The notes below the pieces were generated by a model. It did no database searches. It was not told where the DNA came from and worked only from the letters and a program-made list of their open reading frames with translations. From Microcoleus sp. (GTDB taxonomy: Bacteria; Cyanobacteriota; Cyanobacteriia; Cyanobacteriales; Microcoleaceae), in contig CP181291.1 of the NCBI GenBank assembly GCA_052279835.1, positions 1,440,001 through 1,504,000 on the forward strand: a stretch of DNA of 64,000 nucleotides, written 5' to 3'. A program made the translations under genes and the position numbers. Below are positions 50,794 through 62,133 of this stretch, piece after piece; position 1 is the stretch's first letter; the number at the start of each line of letters is the position of its first letter.

Positions 50794-52038
50794 GTGACAG
50801 TCACACCCCTGCGTCTCACCACCGAAACCACCGAAACCGCCCAACGCCCCGACTCCCTCGGCAGATTTGGCAAGTTTGGCGGCAAATACGTCCCCGAAAC
50901 CCTGATGCCGGCTTTATTTGAACTCGAAGCCGCTTTCCACAAATACCGCAGCGAACCCGAATTTCAACAGCAACTCCAACAATTGCTCAAAGATTATGTC
51001 GGCCGCCCCAGCCCATTGTATTTCGCTGAACGCCTCACGGAGCATTATGCTAAACCAGACGGGAGTGGCGCGCAAATTTACCTCAAACGGGAAGATTTAA
51101 ACCACACTGGTGCTCACAAAATTAACAATGCTTTGGCTCAAGCATTGCTAGCAAAACGCATGGGCAAAAAGCGCGTAATTGCGGAAACTGGTGCTGGTCA
51201 ACATGGCGTTGCTACTGCTACAGTTTGCGCTCGTTTCGGTATAGAATGCGTTGTCTACATGGGCGTTCATGACATGGAAAGACAGGCTTTAAATGTATTC
51301 AGAATGCGCTTGATGGGAGCGGAAGTTCGGGGTGTTTCTGCTGGTACTGGAACTCTCAAAGATGCTACTTCCGAAGCGATTCGCGATTGGGTAACAAATG
51401 TCGAAACAACTCATTACATTCTGGGTTCTGTGGCCGGCCCCCATCCTTACCCGATGATGGTGCGCGATTTCCATGCAATTATCGGTGAAGAAACCCGCGC
51501 TCAGTGTCTAGAAAAGTGGAATGGTTTGCCGGATATCTTATTAGCTTGTGTGGGCGGTGGTTCCAATGCTATGGGTCTTTTTCATGAGTTTGTTGGGGAA
51601 GAAACTGTGCGGTTAATTGGTGTTGAAGCGGCGGGAGAAGGTGTGGAAACTGATAAACACGCGGCTACTTTGACTAAGGGAACTGTGGGTGTTCTGCACG
51701 GGGCGATGAGTTATTTGTTGCAGGATAATGAGGGCCAAGTAATCGAGCCGCATTCGATTAGTGCTGGTTTGGATTATCCTGGTGTGGGGCCGGAACATAG
51801 TTATTTGAAGGATGTTGGTAGGGCTGAATATTATAGTGTTACTGATGCACAAGCTTTGGATGCTTTTCAACGGTTGTCGCAGTTGGAGGGGATTATTCCG
51901 GCTTTGGAAACTGCTCATGCGATCGCCTATTTGGAGACTCTTTGTCCGCAGTTAACCGGCCGTCCGCGGATTGTGCTTAACTGTTCTGGACGTGGTGACA
52001 AGGATGTCAACACTGTGGCGAAGGTTCTGAATATCTAG
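50794..52038 (+). CDS. trpB: Tryptophan synthase beta subunit
   Basis: [41 protein letters not shown] start at 50794. Confidence 0.98.
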   Translation: MTVTPLRLTTETTETAQRPDSLGRFGKFGGKYVPETLMPALFELEAAFHKYRSEPEFQQQLQQLLKDYVGRPSPLYFAERLTEHYAKPDGSGAQIYLKREDLNHTGAHKINNALAQALLAKRMGKKRVIAETGAGQHGVATATVCARFGIECVVYMGVHDMERQALNVFRMRLMGAEVRGVSAGTGTLKDATSEAIRDWVTNVETTHYILGSVAGPHPYPMMVRDFHAIIGEETRAQCLEKWNGLPDILLACVGGGSNAMGLFHEFVGEETVRLIGVEAAGEGVETDKHAATLTKGTVGVLHGAMSYLLQDNEGQVIEPHSISAGLDYPGVGPEHSYLKDVGRAEYYSVTDAQALDAFQRLSQLEGIIPALETAHAIAYLETLCPQLTGRPRIVLNCSGRGDKDVNTVAKVLNI

Positions 52039-52078
52039 TTTAACGGAATTTTGGGCGATCGCTCTGTAGGAATTAGTA

Positions 52079-52179
52079 AGATTATGTCCGGTTAAGATTA
52101 CCCGGCGGTTGAAACCGCGTCTACACAAACGAAGTCCGCGCAACGCGAGACTGAAAGAGTGATTAACCGGACATAATCT
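52079..52179. mobile_element. MITE-like element with 17-bp perfect terminal inverted repeats
   Basis: AGATTATGTCCGGTTAA...TTAACCGGACATAATCT enclosing a GCGGTTGAAACCGC REP-like core. Confidence 0.75.
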
Positions 52180-52209
52180 AACAATTTAGTTTATTTATTG
52201 TTGTAAGTA

Positions 52210-52716
52210 ATGTACAAATCTTTGGTTTTAATGTCTCTAGTATTCCTAGCAATCCTGCCTAATTGTTCCCAAGTTATTCCTACAGAATCGCCACCACAAA
52301 ATTCCATGAATACTAATCTGGCTTCTAGCTCAATTGCTGATTTAGAAACAGCGGTAAACGAACAAGTTAATCAATATCGAGCATCTAAGAAGTTGCCGCC
52401 ACTTAGTATCGATCCGCGAATTACTAAGCAAGCTAGGATTCATAGCGAAAATATGGCGAGTGGGAAGGTTAAGTTTAGCCACGACGGGTTTGAGGGGCGG
52501 GCTAAGGCGATCGCGATTCCCTATCAAAGTGTAGCTGAAAATGTGGCTTACAATATGGGCTTCAGTGACCCGGTACGCAATGCTGTTGATGGTTGGATTA
52601 AGAGTGATGGCCACCGCAAGAATATGGAGGGTCAGTTTAATTTGACTGGGATTGGGATTGCGAAAAATGCGAAAGGGGAGTATTATTTTACTCAGCTTTT
52701 TGTCCGCAGTCGATAA
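52210..52716 (+). CDS. CAP (SCP) domain protein, probably exported
   Basis: VNQYR, ARIHSENMA, AENVA, WIKSDGHRKNM, YFTQLF. Confidence 0.93.
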   Translation: MYKSLVLMSLVFLAILPNCSQVIPTESPPQNSMNTNLASSSIADLETAVNEQVNQYRASKKLPPLSIDPRITKQARIHSENMASGKVKFSHDGFEGRAKAIAIPYQSVAENVAYNMGFSDPVRNAVDGWIKSDGHRKNMEGQFNLTGIGIAKNAKGEYYFTQLFVRSR

Positions 52717-52719
52717 GAA

Positions 52720-52890
52720 CCCCCCCCTACCCCCCCCAAGGGGGGAAAAGAAGGAAGAAGGAAGAAGGAAGAAGGAAGAAGGAAGAAGGAAGAAAGTTTT
52801 AATTTAACTGCAAATGCCCAATGACCAATGCTCTTCGGCCCAATGCCCAATGCCCCATGCCCAATGCCCCATGCCCAATTACCAATTCTC
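52720..52890. repeat. C/G-tract element plus STRR heptamer tracts (AGGAAGA)n and (CCCAATG/CCCCATG)n
   Basis: Directly visible; similar tracts at 36516-36580, 46486-46520, 62031-62135 and 63887-63921. Confidence 0.9.
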
Positions 52891-52894
52891 AATA

Positions 52895-53524
52895 ATGGAA
52901 TTTCCAAATTTTCAAGTGTGCGATCGCGATCTGCCCGATTCTCTGTTATCTTACTATTTGACCGCAGGGGCGATCGCTGTTGATACCGAAACAATGGGTT
53001 TGATGCCCTGGCGCGATCGCCTGTGTTTGGTGCAGTTGTGCAACCCGGAAGGTAAAGTTGTCGCGATCAAAATTGCTAAAGGCCAAAAAGAAGCGCCGAA
53101 TTTAAAGAAATTAATGGAAGCTGAGAATATTGAAAAAGTATTTCACTTTGCCCGCTTCGATATGGCAACAATGCGTTACAATTTAGGGATTGACATTGCC
53201 CCGGTTTTCTGCAATAAAATAGCTAGTAAACTTGCGAGAACTTATACCAACAGACACGGACTGAAAGAAGTAATTCTTGAACTGGAAAAGGTAGAATTAA
53301 ATAAAACTTCTCAAAGTTCCGATTGGGGAAATTTTGACAATCTTTCAGAGGAACAACTGCGATATGCTGGGAACGATGTCCTCTATTTGTTGAGTGCTAA
53401 ACAGAAGTTGATGGCGATGTTGCAGCGAGAGGAACGTTGGGAAGTTGCACAGCAATGTTTTCAGTGTTTGCCCGTTTTTGTAAGTTTGGATTTATTGCAA
53501 TACAAAGATGTTTTCGAGCACTGA
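52895..53524 (+). CDS. Ribonuclease D-like 3'-5' exonuclease
   Basis: AVDTETMGL, KVFHFARFD, QSSDWG, YAGND (DEDDy motifs). Confidence 0.92.
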   Translation: MEFPNFQVCDRDLPDSLLSYYLTAGAIAVDTETMGLMPWRDRLCLVQLCNPEGKVVAIKIAKGQKEAPNLKKLMEAENIEKVFHFARFDMATMRYNLGIDIAPVFCNKIASKLARTYTNRHGLKEVILELEKVELNKTSQSSDWGNFDNLSEEQLRYAGNDVLYLLSAKQKLMAMLQREERWEVAQQCFQCLPVFVSLDLLQYKDVFEH

Positions 53525-53661
53525 TGATGTACTGGTGTATTGGTTCCTAGGCTGTTCCTAGAAACCCAGATGCTTTGGCTGTGCCTCCTGTTTTCGTGGT
53601 AGCTTGGGGCGAGGCAGAGCAACAGTGACATCGGTTCCCAGGCTCTTCCTCGGAACCAGTT

Positions 53662-53766
53662 ATATCAATTCCGGTTGTATGGGAATGATTAAACCTTACT
53701 AGGACACAGAGGACACAGAGAAAGAGAAGAGAGAAATAATAATTCCGATGTCAACGGATTTGATAT
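53662..53766. mobile_element. MITE-like element (same family as 2010-2139 and 58998-59082)
   Basis: ATATCAATTCCG...CGGATTTGATAT terminal inverted repeats with internal GGACACAGA repeats. Confidence 0.7.
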
Positions 53767-53804
53767 TGAGAGCACCTCATATTACTGAGAAAGGCTATAT
53801 ATTA

Positions 53805-54903
53805 TTATTCAAGATGATGTTGGTGCATCAAGGCTTCTATTTGATCGTCAACATTTCTAATTACCTTTTCCAAGGCCGGTAAACCATCTAAGGGTAAGGG
53901 AGCAAGTCGAGTGCGATCGCGAATTTGATTTACTTTTCGCTGCAATTCCTGAGCTAATTTTAGTGCATCCCGACTCAAATTAGACAACTGTTGCTGCTCA
54001 TAAAACCTCAAAGCAGCCCCCCGCAACACTTGCAGCGTCGCTTCTTCACCGCCGTTGGCAGGCATCACCCGCAAGCGCAATAACAAATGAGTTTCTTGAT
54101 AAATTCGCTCAACTTCCACCTGTTTCTATGTGTTCTACCCGACTCACAGGCATATCTGTCACCCGCTTCAACTCGTCGATGACTTCTTGAAACAATAGAG
54201 GATTGATATCTTCAAGCATTGATTTCAAAATGCCGTCTTGACTCCACAGAATCCGGCCTTGCAACGGCTGTCGCTCAAAAAACAGGCGGCCGATACCTTC
54301 TAGTAATATTTTGCCAAGCAATTCATGCAGCAATTGTCGCGCGGGTAATTTTGCCAAAAGTTCCATGGGACTTGACAAGTGCAAGGGTTCTATCTCCAAA
54401 ACTTGCAACCGAATTTCTGGGTAGGAAACCTCAGAAGAAGCTGGTTTAATTACTTTTGGCGCAGGTTTTAAGCGCAAGCTAGTGGAAGGTTCAGGTTCTG
54501 CCCCTGACTGCACTGTTTCTACTTTTGGGGGGGAATTTAACGTTGTCTTGTTCTCCAGAGTGGGATTCGTCTGGATAGAAGCTGCTGTGGTGGCTGTGGG
54601 CACTCCTTCTCTTGGTTGGTTAGCGTGCAGCAAGTACGCTGAGAGCATTGAGTGCTGGGTTTCTGATGAAAGTTGCTCCGTGGTGACAGAGCAATTCATG
54701 TAAGCTAAAATTCGCTGTACGTAGTCTAAAGCCGAGTCATCTTGTAGATCGACTACGCCCAGTTTTAATATATTACCTTCTAGAGATAGAGGCAAAACTT
54801 GATAGTAAAGACAGGCTTCAAAGGGGACAACCGTATCGATTAATGAAAATATTCGATCGGTGTTGATGACCGTCGCTGAGTTTGTTGGAGATGTGTATAC
54901 CAT
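53805..54903 (-). pseudogene. GspE/PilB N-terminal-domain protein, apparently split by a 1-nt frameshift near 54128
   Basis: PFEACLYYQVLPL...LGVVD (T2SSE_N-like). The two ORFs overlap by 11 bp, and removing one base gives continuous ...VEHI-KQVEVERIYQ... Confidence 0.65.
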
Positions 54904-55460
54904 TAGTCAATAAGTAATAGTCGGGGACAAGCGCGATCGCGCTTTTTGCGACACACCAACCTCATCCATCAAATTAAACGCTGTAACTTCCCTGACAGGG
55001 CATAAGTCTGAAGCCTGAATGTTCTTTTGAATAAAAATCGTGAGTCCAAGTCGCCCCTGGGATCGATCCTCCGATCTTAAGAGAGTTTTGCGACTAATTC
55101 ACAAGTTTTAAATATGCACCACAACTGATAATTTATAGACAACCGCTTCAATTGACTTCAAATCATTATTTGTCAGGGCCCACATTTGGCAGCATCGCGC
55201 GGAGGCGTTGCTTGCTAGATACGTGAGTGTAATAGTTAATTTAGGATTAGGTAGAAAATCCTGAGAAGTCGATCGTGCTGCTAGTATCTTATCCTACCAA
55301 GCAGTAGTCGCAGTTAATTGCTCACAGTTAAGCGATCGCGATCGTGTCACTTTTAATTTAGCTATTGACATAAAATAAACCGGAGCCGGAACTGATTTGT
55401 ATCGAGCATAGAAGCAAAATGTAACAACTAATTAACTATTAGCAATGGTCTGCAACAGAT

Positions 55461-56594
55461 TCAGGAGCGATCGTTGCGAAGAGATTGAGCTGCTAAATAG
55501 AGTTTAGTCCACTCGCCGATCACCTGATTGGTTTTCAATTTCAGTTCAGAGGCGATCGTCTCTACACTTTTACCTGCTTTGAGCGATTCTATCAAGTGCC
55601 GTTGAGCATCCGTCAGGTTTTGCCAATATTGCTCCCACTGACTAGGAGTCAAACCCAAACTGTGTTCTTGCAGGGAAGTTTCCAGCCAACTAGCGACTAA
55701 TTGGGGGGATTGTTTGACTGCGAACACCCGAATCGCATGGTAGCTGACTTTTTCTCGCAACCGATAAATTTGCTTGATCGGAACATTCAAAGCTTCGGCG
55801 ATGGCTTCCTGGGAACGCCCTTGCAGGTACAGCCGCAGCCACTGAGAGGCCAGCGGATCGACTTGGGCGGCCAAATAAGCCTCAAACTCTGCTTGGACAA
55901 TCTGCCGCTGAGCTTGCCGTTCCTCCCAAGCTTGAGTGTCAAGATAGTCAGACATCGCCTGTTCGTCCAGTAGGCTGACAGGTTCATCTGTCTCATCCGG
56001 TAGTACCTGTTCCGACACCAGCCGCACCCAGTCTCCTGCTGGGACTTGGGTTAAGCCGCCCCGCTGGGAACGCCGCAGGTAGTTGACAAAACGATACACC
56101 AGCAGTGGCTGGTTGCGGATGGGGCGCAAACAATATTCTTCTACAGTTGCTAGCAGCAAAGAATTTCGCAAGCGTCTATCTGAGGTACATTCAGCAATCC
56201 AGGCGATTTGCTGCTGAAGATATCGATCGGAATTGAGCATTTCCTGGATCACTTCTTGCAGCACATCCACCACACTCCGCTGTCTGTCGCGACTCAAAGA
56301 CACCCACGCTTGGATTTTTTGTCGCAACACCACCAAACCGCCCAGTCGCCCGATCAAGTTGCGGTAAGCTTGTTCTGGCGGCAATCCCAGATACCGAGAA
56401 ATCAAAATTCGATACAAAAAGTCGATCGCCCCAGTGGCGATCGCCAATTGAGTAGGATGGAGTGTGTCAAATCTATCTGGCTGGTGTCCCAACAGCCAGC
56501 GAACCACACTCTGGTGAGTGCTCGAATTTTCGTCCTGGCAATCTTTTTCCAGTCGAGACTTCCAATCTTGTGCTAGTTTTTCGGCCAAAGTCAT
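55461..56594 (-). CDS. HetZ-related protein (HTH regulator-like)
   Basis: YRILISRYLG, DVLQEVIQE, EEYCLRPIRNQPLLVYRFVNYLRR, LYLQG..QEAIAEAL...YRLREK; resembles the cyanobacterial HetZ-related family. Confidence 0.75.
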   Translation of the reverse strand: MTLAEKLAQDWKSRLEKDCQDENSSTHQSVVRWLLGHQPDRFDTLHPTQLAIATGAIDFLYRILISRYLGLPPEQAYRNLIGRLGGLVVLRQKIQAWVSLSRDRQRSVVDVLQEVIQEMLNSDRYLQQQIAWIAECTSDRRLRNSLLLATVEEYCLRPIRNQPLLVYRFVNYLRRSQRGGLTQVPAGDWVRLVSEQVLPDETDEPVSLLDEQAMSDYLDTQAWEERQAQRQIVQAEFEAYLAAQVDPLASQWLRLYLQGRSQEAIAEALNVPIKQIYRLREKVSYHAIRVFAVKQSPQLVASWLETSLQEHSLGLTPSQWEQYWQNLTDAQRHLIESLKAGKSVETIASELKLKTNQVIGEWTKLYLAAQSLRNDRS

Positions 56595-56739
56595 GTGCTG
56601 CTGAGATATGATCTTTCTCCCCGATTTTACGTGGTATGCTGAATTTTTGAGTCTTTTGGAGATATACGATCGTGTAGGAGGGCAACGCCCACGCGCGATC
56701 CGATAAATTACCTTAAACTAAATTCCATTACGGTGCGAT

Positions 56740-58959
56740 ATGGCTGCATTTTTATTAGAACTCGGTACAGAAGAATTACCCGCCTCCTTCGTCTGCGATA
56801 GTACCCAACAATGGCAGCGATTGATATCTGCAACCCTGGCGGAACAATTCTTGACAAACGACTCTGTTCATGTATACGCAACTCCGAGACGTTTGGCCGT
56901 TCTCGTAACAGGACTGCCACTTCAACAATTAGACAGAGAAGAAGAGGTAAAAGGCCCCCCCGCTAGTTCCGCTTTTAAAGATGGGAAACCGACGAAAGCA
57001 GCCGAAGGTTTTGCCAAAAAGCAGGGTGTGGAAATAGAGGCTTTGGAAGTTCGCGCCACAGATAAGGGCGATTTTGTATTTGTCCTTAAAAAAATTCCGG
57101 GGCGGACGACAGCGGATATTTTGGCGGAACTTGTGCCCCTGTGGATTAACAAATTGGAAGGTAAAAGATTCATGCGGTGGGCCGACGGAGATTTAAAGTT
57201 TCCGCGCCCGATTCGATCGCTAGTAGCGCTACTTGATGATACTGTACTGCCAATTACATTAGTCAGCGGTTCGGATACAGTCAAGAGCGATCGAATTTCC
57301 CAAGGACACCGAGTTTTGTACACCCCCCCTACACCCCCCCTTACTCAGGGGGAGACATCGACTCCTACACCCCCCCTTAGTAAGGGGGGGACGGGGGGGG
57401 TTTCCATTCCCCAAGCCGAGGATTATGTCCAATGTCTGCGCGCAGCTTACGTTGAAGTCGATCGCCAACAGCGCAAAAATCAAATTCAAGCCCAAGTAGA
57501 AGCAGCAGCCACAAAACAAGGCGGTTACGCAGACATCAGCGATGATTTGCTAGAAGAAGTAACCGACTTAGTGGAATGGCCAAACGCCGTAGTCGGCAAA
57601 TTTGACGACGAATTTTTGATATTACCACCGGAAGTAATCACCACAATTATTGTCACCAACCAGCGGTATTTTCCCATCCTCAAAAATCCTCAATACCCCG
57701 AACTTTTACCCTACTTCATTACTATTTCTAACGGCGATCCAGCCAAATCAGCCATCATTGCCGCCGGCAACGAGCGAGTAGTGCGCGCCCGATTAGCAGA
57801 CGGTCAATTTTTCTACAAAGCAGACTTGGCAAAACCTTTAGAAGATTATTTGCCCAAATTAGAAACAGTCACTTTCCAGGAAGATTTGGGGACTGTACGC
57901 GCCAAAGTCGATCGCCTGTGCAAAATAGCCCGTCTCCTGGTCAACCAACTGCAAATCCCTGAGACAGAGCAAGCCGATGTCACCAGAGCAGCCTTACTTT
58001 GCAAAGCAGACCTAGTAACCCAAATGGTTTACGAACTGCCCGAAATGCAAGGAATCATGGGGCAGAAATACGCCCTAGCCAGCGGCGAATCGGAAGCAGT
58101 AGCCACAGCGATTTTTGAACATTATTTGCCCAAAGGTGCAGGCGACAATTTGCCCCAAACTCTGACAGGTCAAATTGTCGGAATCGCAGACAAACTAGAT
58201 ACATTAGTCAGCATCTTCGGCTTAGGAATGTTGCCGACAGGTTCCTCCGATCCCTTTGCCTTGCGCCGCGCCGCCAATGCGATAATTAACATTATTTGGG
58301 TGGCTCAGTTGTCAGTAAATTTACACAAATTACTCGCGCAAGTAGTAGCCGAATTTACCGCAGCGCGCCCGGAAACCAGCCCGGAATTACTGTCACAATT
58401 ATCAGAATTTTTCCTGCAAAGAATTCGGACTTTGCTGGAAGAAGAAAAGAATGTCGATTACGATTTGGTGAATGCTGTTTTGGGAGAAAACGACCCCGAA
58501 TATACCGAACGAGCATTAAGAGATTTGTTAGATGCACTGGAAAGAGCCATGTTCCTGCAACAAATCCGCAACAATCATACATTGGATACAATCTACGAGA
58601 CAGTCAACCGTTCAACTCGTTTGGCCGCTCAAGGAGAGTTGGATAAAATCCAATTGGAACCCAAAACAGCGGTGAAACCAGAATTATTTCAAAAATCGTC
58701 CGAACAAGCTTTTTACGACGCAGTAGTCCAATTAGTGCCACAAACCAAACTATCCAAGCAAACTCGGAATTATCAACTATTAGTAGATAGTTTAACTCAA
58801 ATAGCTCCGACTGTCAGCGACTTTTTCGACGGGCCAGAAAGCGTTTTGGTGATGGATTCTGACCCCGAAATCAAACGAAATCGGTTGAATTTATTAGGAT
58901 TGTTGCGGAATCACGCGCGGGTGCTAGCAGACTTTGGGGCGATCGTCAATCGATCTTAG
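56740..58959 (+). CDS. glyS: Glycine--tRNA ligase beta subunit, with in-frame repeat-derived insertion
   Basis: [39 protein letters not shown]. Confidence 0.98.
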   Translation: MAAFLLELGTEELPASFVCDSTQQWQRLISATLAEQFLTNDSVHVYATPRRLAVLVTGLPLQQLDREEEVKGPPASSAFKDGKPTKAAEGFAKKQGVEIEALEVRATDKGDFVFVLKKIPGRTTADILAELVPLWINKLEGKRFMRWADGDLKFPRPIRSLVALLDDTVLPITLVSGSDTVKSDRISQGHRVLYTPPTPPLTQGETSTPTPPLSKGGTGGVSIPQAEDYVQCLRAAYVEVDRQQRKNQIQAQVEAAATKQGGYADISDDLLEEVTDLVEWPNAVVGKFDDEFLILPPEVITTIIVTNQRYFPILKNPQYPELLPYFITISNGDPAKSAIIAAGNERVVRARLADGQFFYKADLAKPLEDYLPKLETVTFQEDLGTVRAKVDRLCKIARLLVNQLQIPETEQADVTRAALLCKADLVTQMVYELPEMQGIMGQKYALASGESEAVATAIFEHYLPKGAGDNLPQTLTGQIVGIADKLDTLVSIFGLGMLPTGSSDPFALRRAANAIINIIWVAQLSVNLHKLLAQVVAEFTAARPETSPELLSQLSEFFLQRIRTLLEEEKNVDYDLVNAVLGENDPEYTERALRDLLDALERAMFLQQIRNNHTLDTIYETVNRSTRLAAQGELDKIQLEPKTAVKPELFQKSSEQAFYDAVVQLVPQTKLSKQTRNYQLLVDSLTQIAPTVSDFFDGPESVLVMDSDPEIKRNRLNLLGLLRNHARVLADFGAIVNRS

Positions 58960-58997
58960 AAAGCCAATTTGAGAAAGTCGCCAAACCTTTTGATGTA

Positions 58998-59082
58998 ATA
59001 TCAAATCCATTGGCATAGGAAACATCAATCTCTCTCATCTCCCCCTCTGTGTCCTCTGCGCTCTCTGCGGTTAAATAATCCC
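58998..59082. mobile_element. Truncated copy of the 53662 MITE family
   Basis: ATATCAAATCC end and CTCTGTGTCCTCTGCG...GCGGTTAAAT core. Confidence 0.55.
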
Positions 59083-59143
59083 AAAAAAACCGTAACCCAT
59101 ACAAAAGGAAAAAACCAGCAAAATTCGCTCTATCACACAAATT

Positions 59144-60490
59144 ATGCCGATCGCTCATATCATAGGACTAGGAAAATCAGGAATAGCAGCAGCCAGACTG
59201 CTAAAACGGGAAGGATGGGAAGTAACATTGAGCGATCGCTCATCTTCCCCAAACTTACTCAAACAGCAACAAGAACTAGCTCTCGAAGAGATTAAAGTAG
59301 AGTTAGGTAAATCTTTTCAACCAGACGAATCTATACAACTAATAGTAGTAAGTCCCGGAGTTCCCTGGGACATTCCAGCATTAATCCAAGCCAGAAAATT
59401 AGGGATTGAAACCATCGGAGAAATGGAACTAGCATGGCGCTATCTCAAATCTCCGTGGGTGGGAATTACCGGCACTAACGGGAAAACTACAACTACAGCT
59501 TTAATCGCAGCAATTTTTGCAGAAGCTGGACTCTATGCACCAGCTTGTGGCAACATAGGGTATGCTGCGTGCGAATTAGCCTTAGCCGAAAAACAGCCAG
59601 ATTGGGTAATAGCAGAAATCAGCAGCTATCAAATAGAATCTTCCTCATCTCTAGCACCGCGAATTGGGATTTGGACGACTTTCACACCGGATCATCTCAG
59701 CCGCCATAAAACTTTAGAAAATTACTACAATATTAAAGCCAAATTGCTGAAAAAATCCCAATTCCAAGTGTTGAACGGCGACGATCCGTATTTGCGGCAA
59801 CAAGGAGTTGACCACTGGCCCGATGCGTGTTGGACAAGCGTCAAAGGTGAAACAGAACTGTTAGGAAATAAAGATTTTGGGGCTTACATTAAAGACGGTT
59901 GGGTAATCGCTCAAAACCAGCAAATTCTGCCCGCTGATGCTTTGAAAATGGTGGGAGAACACAATTTGCAAAACTTGTTGATGGCGGTAGCAGCGGCTAA
60001 TTTGGCCCGAATCGATAAAAGTGCGATCGCCCAAGCCATTAGCAAATTCCCCGGAGTAGCCCACCGCCTCGAACACATCTGCACCTGGGAAGGCATAGAT
60101 TTCATCAACGACAGCAAAGCCACCAATTATGACGCCGCCCAAGTCGGATTAGCCTCAGTAAGCGCCCCAGCAATTTTAATTGCTGGTGGCGATCCAAAAG
60201 AAGGCGAAGATAGCGCCTGGATTGATACAATCAAAGCAAAAGCTGTTGGGGTGTTGTTAATTGGAGATGCTGCGGGTATTTTTAGCGATCGGCTAGAACA
60301 AGCAAATTACAACGCATGGGAAATCGTAGAAACAATGGAAAGAGCAATTAAAAGAGCAGCAGAACTAGGCAAACAAAATAATGCAAAAGTAGTCCTGCTT
60401 TCCCCAGCCTGTGCTAGCTTCGATCAATACCAAAACTTTGAGGAACGGGGCGACCATTTCCGGCAATTATGCCTCGATACCCTAGCTTAG
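59144..60490 (+). CDS. murD: UDP-N-acetylmuramoyl-L-alanine--D-glutamate ligase
   Basis: [41 protein letters not shown]. Confidence 0.98.
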   Translation: MPIAHIIGLGKSGIAAARLLKREGWEVTLSDRSSSPNLLKQQQELALEEIKVELGKSFQPDESIQLIVVSPGVPWDIPALIQARKLGIETIGEMELAWRYLKSPWVGITGTNGKTTTTALIAAIFAEAGLYAPACGNIGYAACELALAEKQPDWVIAEISSYQIESSSSLAPRIGIWTTFTPDHLSRHKTLENYYNIKAKLLKKSQFQVLNGDDPYLRQQGVDHWPDACWTSVKGETELLGNKDFGAYIKDGWVIAQNQQILPADALKMVGEHNLQNLLMAVAAANLARIDKSAIAQAISKFPGVAHRLEHICTWEGIDFINDSKATNYDAAQVGLASVSAPAILIAGGDPKEGEDSAWIDTIKAKAVGVLLIGDAAGIFSDRLEQANYNAWEIVETMERAIKRAAELGKQNNAKVVLLSPACASFDQYQNFEERGDHFRQLCLDTLA

Positions 60491-60522
60491 ATTGGCTTCG
60501 CAGTCAGGACTTTCGTCCTGAT

Positions 60523-60621
60523 TATATAGCAACTGCAAAGGCTGTTAAGGTATTTTGGTCATTGCTCCCTGCGACTCCGCTCAGGTAGCAATAACCAAAG
60601 CGCCTTTGCGACTGCTATATA
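60523..60621. mobile_element. Palindromic MITE-like element
   Basis: TATATAGCAACTGCAAAGGC...GCCTTTGCGACTGCTATATA termini with inner TTTGGTCATTGCT / AGCAATAACCAAA arms. Confidence 0.7.
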
Positions 60622-60623
60622 TG

Positions 60624-60797
60624 TTAACCCACACCCAGCCAAATAGCTTTAATCCTATGCTGCTGTTCCCATTCTAGTCCATGAAAAACTACCATCATTT
60701 CCTCATGAGTGAAATCAATAATGATAGCGGCCAATTCAGCAGCAGTTGCCGCTTCCAACATGGCTTGTTTCAACTTGGTCATTACTTGTCGATCCAT
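60624..60797 (-). CDS. Small hypothetical protein (57 aa)
   Basis: Below the ORF-track cutoff: MDRQVMTKLKQAMLEAATAAELAAIIIDFTHEEMMVVFHGLEWEQQHRIKAIWLGVG; protein-like helical composition. Confidence 0.55.
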   Translation of the reverse strand: MDRQVMTKLKQAMLEAATAAELAAIIIDFTHEEMMVVFHGLEWEQQHRIKAIWLGVG

Positions 60798-61002
60798 TAA
60801 CACTAAATCTTGAATAGTTGCCTCCCATTCATTTTAATAGTACCTGCAAAGGGTGCATCTGTGTTTTGCAAATATATTGGTAGGGGCGAAGCATGACCGC
60901 TGTAAATATCTGGCGATCGCTAATAAATTGTCTACGGTTATGCTTCGCCTATGCAAAATCGGAATGCTCCCCCTGCAAACATCTTTTACGTTTGTATTGA
61001 GA

Positions 61003-61329
61003 CTAGGAATCGGTGTGGCACTTATTTATTGTGTCAAAATTGCGCGATGATATTTGAAACTCTGGGTTACAACTCTCAGAGCGCTTTTTTTTCTCAATCT
61101 CCAAAATTTTCACCTCCGAATTTAAACGCTGCTTCGATAAAACTTTAATTTCCTGTTCGAGTTGACGATTTCCCCGGATAAAAAAATCTTGAGAATTAGA
61201 ACGAAACAAACCGCTATTGATTTGCTGAAGTTGGCTGGGTGTCAACACTTGGGCTGACACAGCAACCGGAAATCCAAAAGATGCCACCAGCCACAAGCTA
61301 GGAATTATCTGTTTGAGAATTTTCTTCAT
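61003..61329 (-). CDS. Hypothetical exported protein
   Basis: Signal peptide MKKILKQ...AVSA/Q. Confidence 0.65.
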   Translation of the reverse strand: MKKILKQIIPSLWLVASFGFPVAVSAQVLTPSQLQQINSGLFRSNSQDFFIRGNRQLEQEIKVLSKQRLNSEVKILEIEKKKRSESCNPEFQISSRNFDTINKCHTDS

Positions 61330-61480
61330 GACTTTCCCTCGGATGTTTCACCTCAGTGGATTTTTCTGCTTCTGAGTTCATGGCTAATTCATCTTCTTCG
61401 GCAATTTTTTCTTGCCATTCAACAAGTTGTTGAAAAAGTTGGGGGCTAATTTGAAAGACAGGCTTATTGGTTTCTGACAT
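61298..61480 (-). CDS. Small acidic hypothetical protein
   Basis: GGAG RBS upstream of the ATG; overlaps the next gene. Confidence 0.5.
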   Translation of the reverse strand: MSETNKPVFQISPQLFQQLVEWQEKIAEEDELAMNSEAEKSTEVKHPRESHEENSQTDNS

Positions 61481-61565
61481 ATTTACTCCAAAAATTTAGG
61501 CGCTTGGGTAACAGGAAAATTCCAGGCTGAGCTAGGGAACGAGTAGAAACGAGATTAAGCTATGG

Positions 61566-61976
61566 TTAAAGCTTCAGAATCGACATGATGATGCCAGTGA
61601 AGGAACCGCCAAGTAAAGCTACAGTAGCTAAGGTACTAATTCCAAAACCCACGGCTCTTTTTTCGGCAGCTTGATAGTAACCCCAAGCAAATAAAATGCG
61701 TCCAATTATCCAAACTGCACCGATAGCAGCGGCAAAAATGGGGCTGATAAATTGCGCGCAGAGCCACAGGGATGGCAAAAATAATATCATTTGCTCTAAG
61801 GTGTTTTGCTGAACTCGCAATACTCTCTCAAAGTCTGGATTTCCTGTCACTTGGGGAGGAGAAACTTTGTATTTGAATCTAGCTCTACCGACGTTAATCG
61901 TGACAATAAAATAGAGTAATAGTGCTGAGGCGGTAACTAGGCTTGGCCAAAGTATGGCGTTTGTTTCTGCGATCAT
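61566..61976 (-). CDS. MAPEG family protein
   Basis: VGRAR, FERVLRVQQNTLE, GRILFAWGY. Confidence 0.93.
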   Translation of the reverse strand: MIAETNAILWPSLVTASALLLYFIVTINVGRARFKYKVSPPQVTGNPDFERVLRVQQNTLEQMILFLPSLWLCAQFISPIFAAAIGAVWIIGRILFAWGYYQAAEKRAVGFGISTLATVALLGGSFTGIIMSILKL

Positions 61977-62133
61977 GATTCAGGTATGATTGGAGTAGAT
62001 ATCTTAATTATAAGGCAAACAGCAGAAGCCACCCCCCCTGCCCCCCCCAAGGGGGGAAAGTGGAAAGGGAAAGGGAAAGGGGGAACAGGGAACAGGGAAT
62101 CCCCATGCCCGATGCCCCATGCCCGATGCCCCA

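Noticed and set aside
52814..52894. Cys/Pro-rich N-terminal extension of RNase D (similar cases at 46468-46527 and 63883-63963)
   Set aside because: Read-through of STRR heptamer tracts; downstream ATGs fit the families better.
54904..55460. Long intergenic region with weak hairpins as a possible ncRNA or riboswitch
   Set aside because: No recognisable family motif; cannot be supported without a covariance search.
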